A stretch of 24,000 bases of DNA. Origin: Betaproteobacteria bacterium. GTDB lineage: Bacteria; Pseudomonadota; Gammaproteobacteria; Burkholderiales; Casimicrobiaceae. The stretch spans positions 30,820-54,819 of the forward strand of contig JANPBT010000055.1 in NCBI GenBank assembly GCA_031430575.1, given 5' to 3'. A program made the translations under genes and the position numbers. Positions 8,608 through 16,036 of the stretch are shown in pieces. Under the pieces are notes generated by a model. The model did not search any database. It saw only the letters and a program-made list of their open reading frames with translations, and was not told the DNA's origin. The first letter of the stretch is position 1. Every line of letters starts with the position of its first letter.

Positions 8608-9812
8608 ACGAAGCGAAATCTGCGCCGCAGGTATTTGTGGCTCAAGTCAAAATCTGCGCCACATACATGCGGGGCGGCACGAGCAAGGGCGTTTTTTTCA
8701 AGCTCACCGATTTGCCTGCTAACGCGCAAACGCCAGGCACCGCGCGCGACGCGCTGCTGCTGCGCGTCATCGGCTCACCAGACCCTTATGGCAAGCAAAT
8801 CGATGGCATGGGCGCGGCCACGTCGAGCACATCTAAAACAGTGATTCTCTCAAAAAGTAGCAAGCCAGATCATGATGTCGACTATCTTTTCGGGCAAGTT
8901 TCGATTGAAAAGCCCTTCGTGGATTGGAGCGGCAATTGCGGCAACCTGTCGTCTGCAGTCGGACCATTTGCCATCAGCAATGGCTTGATTGATGCTGCGC
9001 GCGTTCCTCATGATGGCATGTGCACGGTGCGGATCTGGCAGGCGAATATTCAAAAGACGATCGTGGCTCATGTGTCGATGCGCGCGGGTGCGGTGCAAGA
9101 AACGGGTGGCTTTGAGCTTGATGGCGTCACCTTCCCGGCTGCTGAAATCGAGTTGGAATTTTTAGACCCTGCCGATGAGGGCGAAGACGGTGCGAGCGGA
9201 TCAATGTTCCCGACGGGTAACGTGATCGATACGCTCAAGGTGCCCGGCGTCGGTGAATTTCAAGCGACAATGATTAACGCCGGAATTCCCACAATTTTCT
9301 TAAACGCTACCGATCTCGGCTATACCGGAATCGAGCTGCAAGATGCCATCAATGGCGATGGCACTGCGCTCAAAAAATTTGAGGCAATTCGTACCTACGG
9401 CGCAATCCGCATGGGTTTAATTAAATCCCCCGAAGAGGCAGCGGCACGACAACACACGCCGAAAATCGCCTTCGTTGCGCCCCCGAGATCGTACGTGGCA
9501 TCAAGCGGGAAAACTGTTAACGCATCCGAAATCGATCTTTGCGTGCGCGCACTTTCAATGGGCAAATTGCACCACGCGATGATGGGCACGGCCGCCGTTG
9601 CGATTGGCACCGCCGCTGCGATCCCCGGCACGTTAGTGAACTTAGCTGCAGGCGGAGGCGGCAAGCCTGCCGTGCGCTTCGGGCACCCTTCCGGCACATT
9701 GCGCGTAGGCGCAGAAGCCTCGCAGAGCAATGGGCAGTGGGTGGTGAAAAAAGCGGTGATGAGCCGCAGCGCGCGGGTCTTAATGGAAGGCGTTGTGCGC
9801 GTACCGGGTTGA
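8604..9812 (+). CDS. prpF: 2-methylaconitate cis-trans isomerase PrpF
   Basis: ATG 8604 overlaps the acnD TGA (ATGA). The 402-aa product contains ATYMRGGTSKGVFF and CGNLSSAVGPFA, both typical of PrpF. The longer ORF from 8508 lies inside acnD. Confidence 0.9.
   Translation: MNEAKSAPQVFVAQVKICATYMRGGTSKGVFFKLTDLPANAQTPGTARDALLLRVIGSPDPYGKQIDGMGAATSSTSKTVILSKSSKPDHDVDYLFGQVSIEKPFVDWSGNCGNLSSAVGPFAISNGLIDAARVPHDGMCTVRIWQANIQKTIVAHVSMRAGAVQETGGFELDGVTFPAAEIELEFLDPADEGEDGASGSMFPTGNVIDTLKVPGVGEFQATMINAGIPTIFLNATDLGYTGIELQDAINGDGTALKKFEAIRTYGAIRMGLIKSPEEAAARQHTPKIAFVAPPRSYVASSGKTVNASEIDLCVRALSMGKLHHAMMGTAAVAIGTAAAIPGTLVNLAAGGGGKPAVRFGHPSGTLRVGAEASQSNGQWVVKKAVMSRSARVLMEGVVRVPG
8618..8633 (+). repeat. 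Copy of the 16-mer (16/16), codons 5-10 of prpF, read as SAPQV
   Basis: Read directly from the sequence. Confidence 0.9.
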
Positions 9813-9822
9813 CCTCGCCCTA

Positions 9823-9868
9823 AATACCTGCGGCGCAGATTGAAGCAAAAATCTGCGCCGCAGGTATT
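9823..9868. terminator. Inverted pair of the 16-mer forming a 19-bp-arm hairpin between convergent genes
   Basis: AATACCTGCGGCGCAGATT (9823..9841) and AATCTGCGCCGCAGGTATT (9850..9868) are perfect reverse complements with an 8-nt loop. The pair lies between the prpF stop (9812) and the minus-strand stop (9874). U-tracts are weak on both sides. Confidence 0.6.
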
Positions 9869-9873
9869 CAGAT

Positions 9874-10281
9874 TTAACGTCCAGGGATCGGCGATTTTTG
9901 AGTCGTGCCGCCATAGCCGTGCACTTTATCGCGCGCTTGCACAACGATAAATTTCACATGCGCCGGTAGTTTCACACCATACAAATCACGCGTGAACGGC
10001 TGCTCATCGGCATGATCGTGCCAGAGGATTCGCTCGCCGTAGATCTTTCCGTCTTCACCCTGCAGGCGAAATGCATCCGCATACCGAGCAGGCGTATCGT
10101 AGGGCGACGAAATCGTGACATCGAAATCAAATATCTGCGTCTCTTTTGTTCCTCGAATTTTCACAGCGATAACATCAGGAAATCGCTGCGTCGCTTTTTG
10201 CGCGCCGGACGGTAAGGGTTGGGCGATGCTACCCACGCCTCCCATCAAAAATATCAAAAGTGCGGCCACAATCATCTTCAT
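9874..10281 (-). CDS. Hypothetical exported protein
   Basis: The preferred start is ATG at 10281, which gives MKMIVAALLIFLMGGVGSIAQP (signal-like). This ATG overlaps the upstream gene's TGA (ATGA). I recognise no family. Confidence 0.55.
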   Translation of the reverse strand: MKMIVAALLIFLMGGVGSIAQPLPSGAQKATQRFPDVIAVKIRGTKETQIFDFDVTISSPYDTPARYADAFRLQGEDGKIYGERILWHDHADEQPFTRDLYGVKLPAHVKFIVVQARDKVHGYGGTTQKSPIPGR

Positions 10282-10703
10282 TTGAGTTCCGCTCGCTTCC
10301 AGGAATCGGGCAACGTTGCCCATGATTTTCGATTGCCATCGCCAATGCTTACCGTCGGCTCATCAAATGGCGCTTCAGCGGCGAAGCACCCACCTGCGAT
10401 TCCGATTAATCCGGGCAGGGTCGAGACCGTCCAATAGAGGGTCGTTCCACATCGACTGCAAAAGTGGCGTGACTGATCGTGGTTTTGGGTCTCATGATGG
10501 AAAGCATAGGTTTTCATTTCGCCACGTTTTTCAATCACTTGCGAAATTGAAAAATAGGTCGAAATCCCGAAGGCGCTGCCCGTGCGTCGTTGGCAATTAT
10601 TGCAATGGCAGACCCCATGCATCTCAGGCGCGCCTTGCACGCAGATGATTGCGCTCTAGCATGCGCAGCGCGCCGTTCGCTGAAGTAAGGCTTCGGGATT
10701 CAT
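10278..10703 (-). pseudogene. GFA (CENP-V/glutathione-dependent formaldehyde-activating) family gene interrupted by an in-frame TAG
   Basis: ATG 10703 gives MNPEALLQRTARCAC, then TAG at 10658..10656. The same frame continues SAIICVQGAPEMHGVCHCNNCQRRTGSAFG...HFCSRCGTTLYW. The first Cys pair of the GFA zinc site lies upstream of the stop. The tracked ORF 10278..10640 starts at a GTG after it. Confidence 0.6.
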
Positions 10704-10745
10704 CGCAAATGAGTGTAATTCACCCCGCTTCTAGGGCAAAGGTGA

Positions 10746-10774
10746 TTGCTTTTTGGGTGCAAATTCGGTATGAT
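10746..10774 (+). promoter_or_regulatory. Candidate sigma70 promoter for vapBC
   Basis: TTGCTT (10746..10751), a 17-nt spacer, then TATGAT (10769..10774), about 40 nt upstream of the vapB ATG. Confidence 0.4.
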
Positions 10775-10815
10775 TTGATTTAAATAAATTCATATTTTCG
10801 TCGCCACTGCCCGAC

Positions 10816-11070
10816 ATGGAAACCACCCTCGCCGAACGCGGCCAAATCGTGATCCCCAAAGCTTTGCGCGACCAGTTGGGCTTAGTGCCAGGATGCAAGC
10901 TCGATATCGAGAACGTTAACGGCCGGCTGACCATTTCAAAAAAGCCCGATGATGCACTGGCGCAATTGCGCGGGCGATTCACCCTAACGCCCAATACCTG
11001 CGGCGCAGATTTGGTCGATGCCATGCGCGGGCGCGATGTTGGCGACGTAAAAGTGGGCACTCCGGCATGA
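10816..11070 (+). CDS. vapB: AbrB/MazE/SpoVT-family antitoxin (VapB-like)
   Basis: 84 aa. RGQIVIPKALRDQLGLVPGCKLDIE is a SpoVT/AbrB swapped-hairpin motif. The gene overlaps the downstream PIN gene by ATGA. Confidence 0.85.
   Translation: METTLAERGQIVIPKALRDQLGLVPGCKLDIENVNGRLTISKKPDDALAQLRGRFTLTPNTCGADLVDAMRGRDVGDVKVGTPA
10995..11010 (-). repeat. Copy of the 16-mer in reverse orientation (16/16), inside vapB, read as TCGAD
   Basis: Read directly from the sequence. Confidence 0.9.
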
Positions 11071-11507
11071 CACTCGCCGTTGATTCCGCCGTGCTCATTG
11101 ATTTGCTTGCGGCTGGTAGCGCAGCCCGAATGAACCCGGCGGAAGACGCGATTCGCGTCGCGCTCACCCAAGGCGTTGTCGTGATGAGCGATGTGGTCGT
11201 CGCCGAGGTTTGCGCAGGATTCGGCGATGGCGCTGAAGTGATGGATGCGCTGCGCGATGCGGGCATTACGCTTTCGCCAATGAACGAGCAAGCCTGCGTG
11301 CGCGCGGGCGAGATGCATCGCAAATATCTCTCGCGCGCTAAGAAAGCATCGCAAAGCGAATTCAAAGCGCGCAACGTCTCTGATTTTCTCATTGGCGCAC
11401 ACGCGCATTTGCAGTGCAGCGGGTTAATCACCTACGATCATGCGTTTTACCGTGACTACTTCAAGGGATTGCGTTTAATCACTCCGAAAGCTTTGGAAAA
11501 TGCTTAA
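11067..11507 (+). CDS. vapC: PIN-domain ribonuclease toxin (VapC-like)
   Basis: 146 aa with N-terminal LAVDSAVLIDLL (first acidic PIN residue) and a later DFLIGAHA motif. It is coupled to the AbrB-type antitoxin. Confidence 0.85.
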   Translation: MTLAVDSAVLIDLLAAGSAARMNPAEDAIRVALTQGVVVMSDVVVAEVCAGFGDGAEVMDALRDAGITLSPMNEQACVRAGEMHRKYLSRAKKASQSEFKARNVSDFLIGAHAHLQCSGLITYDHAFYRDYFKGLRLITPKALENA

Positions 11508-11955
11508 AAATCGCCTTTTCTGCGCCGCAGGTATTTCACTATTTATAAGCCTTAGCGCCAGCGCAGACGCGCTCCCGCAAGCTGGCGCGTGGGCTTTTGA
11601 AGTCGTCACCGACTTATCAAAAATTCCTAAGGAAATGCGCGAAAATTTCCCAACGATTAATTTTGAGCGCTGCATCAAAGCAGATGAGATCGCTTCACCA
11701 AAAGCATTTGGCTTACAAACGAGCGCGCAAATGGGCGCGCGCTGCAGCCACCCGACATTTTCGTTGGCCGATGGCAATCTTGCCTATACCTTTGAGTGCG
11801 ATAGCAGCACAACGCTCACCGGCGAAGCGCGCGGAAATTACGCTGCGCGACGCGTCAATATTCAACTCATTTCTCGGCCCGTGCCCGTCGTGCGCGGAAT
11901 TAACACCGTTCATCAAAAAATCACGGCGAAATTCGTCGGTCAGTGCAAAAATTAG
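11500..11955 (+). CDS. Hypothetical exported protein, possibly DUF3617-like
   Basis: 151 aa with signal-like MLKNRLFCAAGISLFISLSASADA. The conserved-Cys spacing and size resemble DUF3617, but the family call is weak. It overlaps the vapC end by 8 nt. Confidence 0.55.
   Translation: MLKNRLFCAAGISLFISLSASADALPQAGAWAFEVVTDLSKIPKEMRENFPTINFERCIKADEIASPKAFGLQTSAQMGARCSHPTFSLADGNLAYTFECDSSTTLTGEARGNYAARRVNIQLISRPVPVVRGINTVHQKITAKFVGQCKN
11518..11533 (+). repeat. Copy of the 16-mer (15/16), codons 7-12 of the exported protein, read as CAAGI
   Basis: Read directly from the sequence. Confidence 0.9.
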
Positions 11956-11979
11956 TTATCAAAAAAAGGAAAACACCTC

Positions 11980-14900
11980 ATGTCTCACAATGCCTTTAAC
12001 ACCGCCAAAGAATTCCCGCTCGGCGCTGGGAAAACCGGTAAGCTCTACTCGCTACCCGAGCTCGCAAAAACTTTTCCCACCGTTAGTAAATTACCCGTGT
12101 CGATTCGCATCGTTTTGGAATCGGTATTGCGTAATGTAGACGGAAAAAAAGTAACCGAAGCGCACGTCAAAGAGCTGGCAAATTGGGGCGCGACGGATAA
12201 GCGCACCAATGAGATTCCCTTTATCGTTTCGCGCGTCGTTTTGCAAGATTTCACCGGCATTCCCCTGCTTGCTGATTTGGCGGCAATGCGCAACGTCGCC
12301 GTGGCGCAGGGCAAAAACCCGAAGACGATTGAGCCGCTCGTGCCTGTCGATCTGGTGGTGGATCATTCGGTAATGATCGATCATTTCGGGTCTAAAGACG
12401 CGCTTGATCTCAACATGAAATTGGAATTTCAGCGCAACGAAGAGCGCTATCAATTTATGAAATGGGGCATGCAGGCTTTCGATACCTTCAAAGTCGTCCC
12501 GCCTGGTGTCGGCATCGTTCACCAAGTCAATCTCGAGTATTTAGCGCCGGGCGTTCACACCAAAAATGGCGTGACCTTTCCCGATACGGTCGTCGGCACC
12601 GACTCGCACACCACGATGATTAACGGTATTGGCGTGGTCGGCTGGGGCGTCGGCGGCATCGAGGCAGAAGCGGGCATGCTCGGCCAGCCGGTTTACTTCC
12701 TAACGCCAGATGTAGTGGGCGTTAACCTCAAAGGGAAATTGCGCGAAGGCGTTACCGCGACCGATTTAGTATTGACCGTAACCGAAATGCTGCGCAAAGC
12801 AAAAGTGGTCGGTAAATTCGTTGAGTTTTTTGGCGACGGCACCGAGACGCTCACCTTGCCAGATCGCGCGACCATTGCCAATATGGCGCCAGAATACGGC
12901 GCGACAATGGGCTTCTTCCCGATTGACGACGCCACCATTGATTATTTGAAATCCACTGGCCGCAGCGAAGAGACGATTTCTGCATTTCAAAACTACTTCA
13001 AAGCGCAGGGCTTGTATGGCGTGCCAAAAGCGGGCGAGATCCATTACTCGCAAACCGTCGAGCTCGAGCTTTCCACGATCACCGCTTCGCTCGCAGGCCC
13101 CAAGCGCCCGCAAGATCGTATTGAGTTGCCATTTTTGGGAGCGAAATTTACCTCGCTTTACAGCCAGCCCGTCGCCGATGGTGGCTTTGGACTTCCCGCA
13201 GAAAATTTACGCAAACGCTTCCCAATGGCAAGCGGCGCTGAAATCGGTAATGGCGATATATTGATTGCCGCGATTACCTCTTGCACCAACACTTCCAACC
13301 CCGGCGTCTTGCTCGCGGCGGGCTTGCTGGCGAAGAAAGCGGTTGAAAAAGGCTTGACCGTCAAGAAGCATATTAAGACATCGCTCGCGCCGGGATCGCG
13401 CGTTGTTACTGAATATTTAACCAACGCCGGCTTGCTGCCTTACTTGGAGCAATTGGGCTTCGCGGTCGCGGCCTATGGCTGCACAACCTGCATTGGCAAC
13501 GCTGGCGATCTCACCGCTGAAGCAAATGATGCGATCAACGCAAATGATTTGATCTGCGCGGCAGTGCTCTCTGGCAATCGCAATTTTGAAGCGCGAATTC
13601 ACCCTAATTTGAAAGCGAACTTTCTCGCTTCTCCACCGCTGGTTGTTGCTTACGCAATCGCGGGAACGGTTATTCGCAATATCGAAACCGAGCCTATTGG
13701 TCTTGATAAATCTGGCCAGCCCGTATTTTTGCGCGATCTTTGGCCGACCAGCCAAGAAATCGCCGCAGTGATGGGCTTTGCTAAAGATCCAGCCACCTTC
13801 CGTAAGCTCTACGCCAATTTGGGCGCAGATAATCCCCTCTGGCAAAACATCAAAGGCGCGACTGGCGACGTTTACGATTGGCCAAAAAGCACCTACATCG
13901 CTGAGCCACCATTCTTCGATCACTTCTCGATGACGCCTTCGGCCTCGGCGACTGCGATCATGGGCGCAAAGGCGCTCGGCGTATTTGGCGACTCGATCAC
14001 CACCGATCATATTTCACCTGCTGGCTCATTCAAAGACGCAACACCGGCTGGGAAATTTCTGCTGGCGCAAGGCGTGCAAAAAGCAGACTTCAATAGCTAC
14101 GGCTCGCGTCGTGGTAATCATGAAGTGATGATGCGCGGCACTTTTGCTAACGTGCGCGTTAAAAATTTGATGTTGCCCTTAAAAGCAGACGGCGCGCGCG
14201 AAGAAGGCGGCTTCACATTGATGCAGCCGTCTGGCGAAAAAATGCCGATTTACGATGCCGCGATGAAATACATCGCCGCAAAAACGCCAACCGTGGTCTT
14301 TGGCGGCGAAGAATATGGCAGCGGCTCCTCGCGCGATTGGGCTGCAAAGGGCACGCAATTGCTCGGCGTAAAAGCGGTCATCGTGCGCAGCTTTGAGCGC
14401 ATTCACCGCTCTAACTTGGTGGGCATGGGCGTGTTGCCATTGCAATTTAAAGGCAACGATAGCGTTGAAAGCCTTGGCATCAAAGGCGACGAAACTTTTG
14501 ACATCGCAGGCTTGGAAGGCATGAAGCCGCAGCAAGATTTAACGCTAACGATTCACCGCGCCGATGGCACGAAAAAAGATGTCGTCGTCACCTCGCGCAT
14601 CGATACGCCAATCGAAATCGACTACTTCAAGCATGGCGGCATCCTGCCGTATGTGCTGCGTGAGCAATTAAGCAGCGCCGCGCCTGCGGTTGCTGTTGCG
14701 CCCGCTGCTGCGCCAGCGGCCATCGCCGCTGTGGCAGCGGCTGCGGCGACCGTGGCAGCGATTGCAAAACCAGCGGCAACGCCTGCCGCCGCCTTCGTTA
14801 AAAAAGACCCTTCACCCACCGTCGATCTCGCAGCGCATGGCGAGCGGGCGGTCGCGGCGGCCGGCGTTGCCACTGCAGCGATTGGTAGCCGCGCCGTTGG

Positions 14901-15789
14901 GTCTACTTCAGCGGGCACGCCCGATCTCAAGCGCGGCGGCGTTCCGTGGTGGGTCTGGCTCATTGGCCTTGCATTGATTGGCTGGCTGCTGAAAAGCTGC
15001 ATGACTGAGAAAGCGGTTGTCGTTGAAAAGAAGCCAGAAACCGCAATCGTGACCCCGGTCGCAGAGCCTGCAAAGCCATCGATTAGCTTCGGTAAATGGC
15101 TCGCAAGCTTGGTGGGGCCCAAAGTTGCGCTCACTGGCAACACTAAAGACCAAGCCGCAAAAGATGCACTGCTCGGCGCGGCAAAAGGCGCTTTCGGCGA
15201 AGGCAACGTGATCGACAAATTAAACGTCGATGCCAGCGCAGGCATCTGGAATTGGGAAGGCAAATGGCCAGACCTTTTCGCTTGGATGCGCGGCCCGCTC
15301 TTTCAAGCGCGCGGCGGCAATCTCGATTTCAGCGGCGATACCTTGCGCATCACCGGCAAAGTCGATACCGACGCAATCAAAGCCGATATTGAAGCTAAGC
15401 TGCGCGCCATCGTTGGCGATAAAGTCAAAATCGATAATGCGCTCGTCGTTGAAGCTGCAAAGCGCGTCGCCATCGAGGCCAACTTTGATACCGGCAGCGC
15501 CAAGATCAAGCCGCAATATTTCGCCAAGCTCAATACTTTTGCCGCGCAAGTGGCAAAAGAGGGCTTGAAAGGCGAAATCGGCGGCCACACCGATAGCGTC
15601 GGCCAAGCCGCTTCTAACCAAGCCTTGAGCGATGCCCGCGCTAACGCAGTGCGCGATTATCTGGTCAGCAAAGGCGTTAGCAAAGAAGCGCTTGCAGCAG
15701 CCGGCTACGGCGATACCAAGCCCATCGCCGACAACGTGACCCCCGACGGCAAAGCTAAAAATCGCCGGATTGAATTTACGCAGAATTAA
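11980..15789 (+). CDS. acnA: Aconitate hydratase A fused in frame to an Ala/Pro-rich linker, a single TM helix and a C-terminal OmpA-like peptidoglycan-binding domain
   Basis: 1269-aa uninterrupted ORF with RBS AAGGA upstream. About the first 895 aa are full-length AcnA, ending ...[16 protein letters not shown]. The Ala/Pro linker follows (about 14670..14930), then the TM segment [17 protein letters not shown] (about 14940..14995). The C-terminus is OmpA_C-like ([27 protein letters not shown]...[11 protein letters not shown]...NRRIEF). Confidence 0.85.
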   Translation: MSHNAFNTAKEFPLGAGKTGKLYSLPELAKTFPTVSKLPVSIRIVLESVLRNVDGKKVTEAHVKELANWGATDKRTNEIPFIVSRVVLQDFTGIPLLADLAAMRNVAVAQGKNPKTIEPLVPVDLVVDHSVMIDHFGSKDALDLNMKLEFQRNEERYQFMKWGMQAFDTFKVVPPGVGIVHQVNLEYLAPGVHTKNGVTFPDTVVGTDSHTTMINGIGVVGWGVGGIEAEAGMLGQPVYFLTPDVVGVNLKGKLREGVTATDLVLTVTEMLRKAKVVGKFVEFFGDGTETLTLPDRATIANMAPEYGATMGFFPIDDATIDYLKSTGRSEETISAFQNYFKAQGLYGVPKAGEIHYSQTVELELSTITASLAGPKRPQDRIELPFLGAKFTSLYSQPVADGGFGLPAENLRKRFPMASGAEIGNGDILIAAITSCTNTSNPGVLLAAGLLAKKAVEKGLTVKKHIKTSLAPGSRVVTEYLTNAGLLPYLEQLGFAVAAYGCTTCIGNAGDLTAEANDAINANDLICAAVLSGNRNFEARIHPNLKANFLASPPLVVAYAIAGTVIRNIETEPIGLDKSGQPVFLRDLWPTSQEIAAVMGFAKDPATFRKLYANLGADNPLWQNIKGATGDVYDWPKSTYIAEPPFFDHFSMTPSASATAIMGAKALGVFGDSITTDHISPAGSFKDATPAGKFLLAQGVQKADFNSYGSRRGNHEVMMRGTFANVRVKNLMLPLKADGAREEGGFTLMQPSGEKMPIYDAAMKYIAAKTPTVVFGGEEYGSGSSRDWAAKGTQLLGVKAVIVRSFERIHRSNLVGMGVLPLQFKGNDSVESLGIKGDETFDIAGLEGMKPQQDLTLTIHRADGTKKDVVVTSRIDTPIEIDYFKHGGILPYVLREQLSSAAPAVAVAPAAAPAAIAAVAAAAATVAAIAKPAATPAAAFVKKDPSPTVDLAAHGERAVAAAGVATAAIGSRAVGSTSAGTPDLKRGGVPWWVWLIGLALIGWLLKSCMTEKAVVVEKKPETAIVTPVAEPAKPSISFGKWLASLVGPKVALTGNTKDQAAKDALLGAAKGAFGEGNVIDKLNVDASAGIWNWEGKWPDLFAWMRGPLFQARGGNLDFSGDTLRITGKVDTDAIKADIEAKLRAIVGDKVKIDNALVVEAAKRVAIEANFDTGSAKIKPQYFAKLNTFAAQVAKEGLKGEIGGHTDSVGQAASNQALSDARANAVRDYLVSKGVSKEALAAAGYGDTKPIADNVTPDGKAKNRRIEFTQN

Positions 15790-15813
15790 ATCCCGTTCAA
15801 CGTAACAAGCCGT

Positions 15814-15856
15814 AAAAACTGCGCCGCAGGTAGTGATACCTGCGGCGCAGTTTTTT
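15814..15856. terminator. Rho-independent, potentially bidirectional terminator built from two inverted copies of the 16-mer
   Basis: A5, then CTGCGCCGCAGGTA (15819..15832), a GTGA loop, then TACCTGCGGCGCAG (15837..15850), then T6. It lies 25 nt after the acnA-fusion stop. Confidence 0.85.
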
Positions 15857-15898
15857 GTGAGGGGGTTGCAATCTGCGCTCAATCGACATGCGTTGCCG

Positions 15899-15998
15899 AA
15901 AAAAAGATGACGGCTCAGCGGTTACCCGATGAGCCGTCAGAGCTTTAAAGTAAAAACTTTTTTGTAACGCCGGATCCCATTCCATTTCGCTACAAATT
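15899..15998 (-). ncRNA. Candidate tracrRNA
   Basis: Minus-strand 15996..15961 (UUUGUAGCGAAAUGGAAUGGGAUCCGGCGUUACAAA) complements the crRNA-sense repeat at 29 of 36 positions plus one G.U pair. It is followed by a small hairpin AAAGU-UUUU-ACUUU (15960..15947). A terminator follows: 9-bp stem GACGGCUCA/UGAGCCGUC (15938..15909) plus U7 (15905..15899). A TATATT -10-like box lies at 16009..16004 on the minus strand. The 5' end is approximate. Confidence 0.7.
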
Positions 15999-16036
15999 GG
16001 AATATACAGTCGTTTGGGCGAAAAACAAAACACATC

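Noticed and set aside
10731-11431. Minus-strand ORFs of 225 and 150 aa antisense to vapBC
   Set aside because: They fully overlap a well-supported AbrB/PIN toxin-antitoxin pair on the + strand. Their composition is Ala/Arg/Ser-rich and low-complexity, with no recognisable motifs. They are typical antisense shadow ORFs.
14622-15882. Minus-strand ORFs of 213 aa and 220 aa, plus several + strand alternative-frame ORFs, inside the acnA fusion tail
   Set aside because: The Ala/Gly-rich GC-biased linker leaves all frames open. The + frame has recognisable TM and OmpA_C motifs, while the antisense products are low-complexity.
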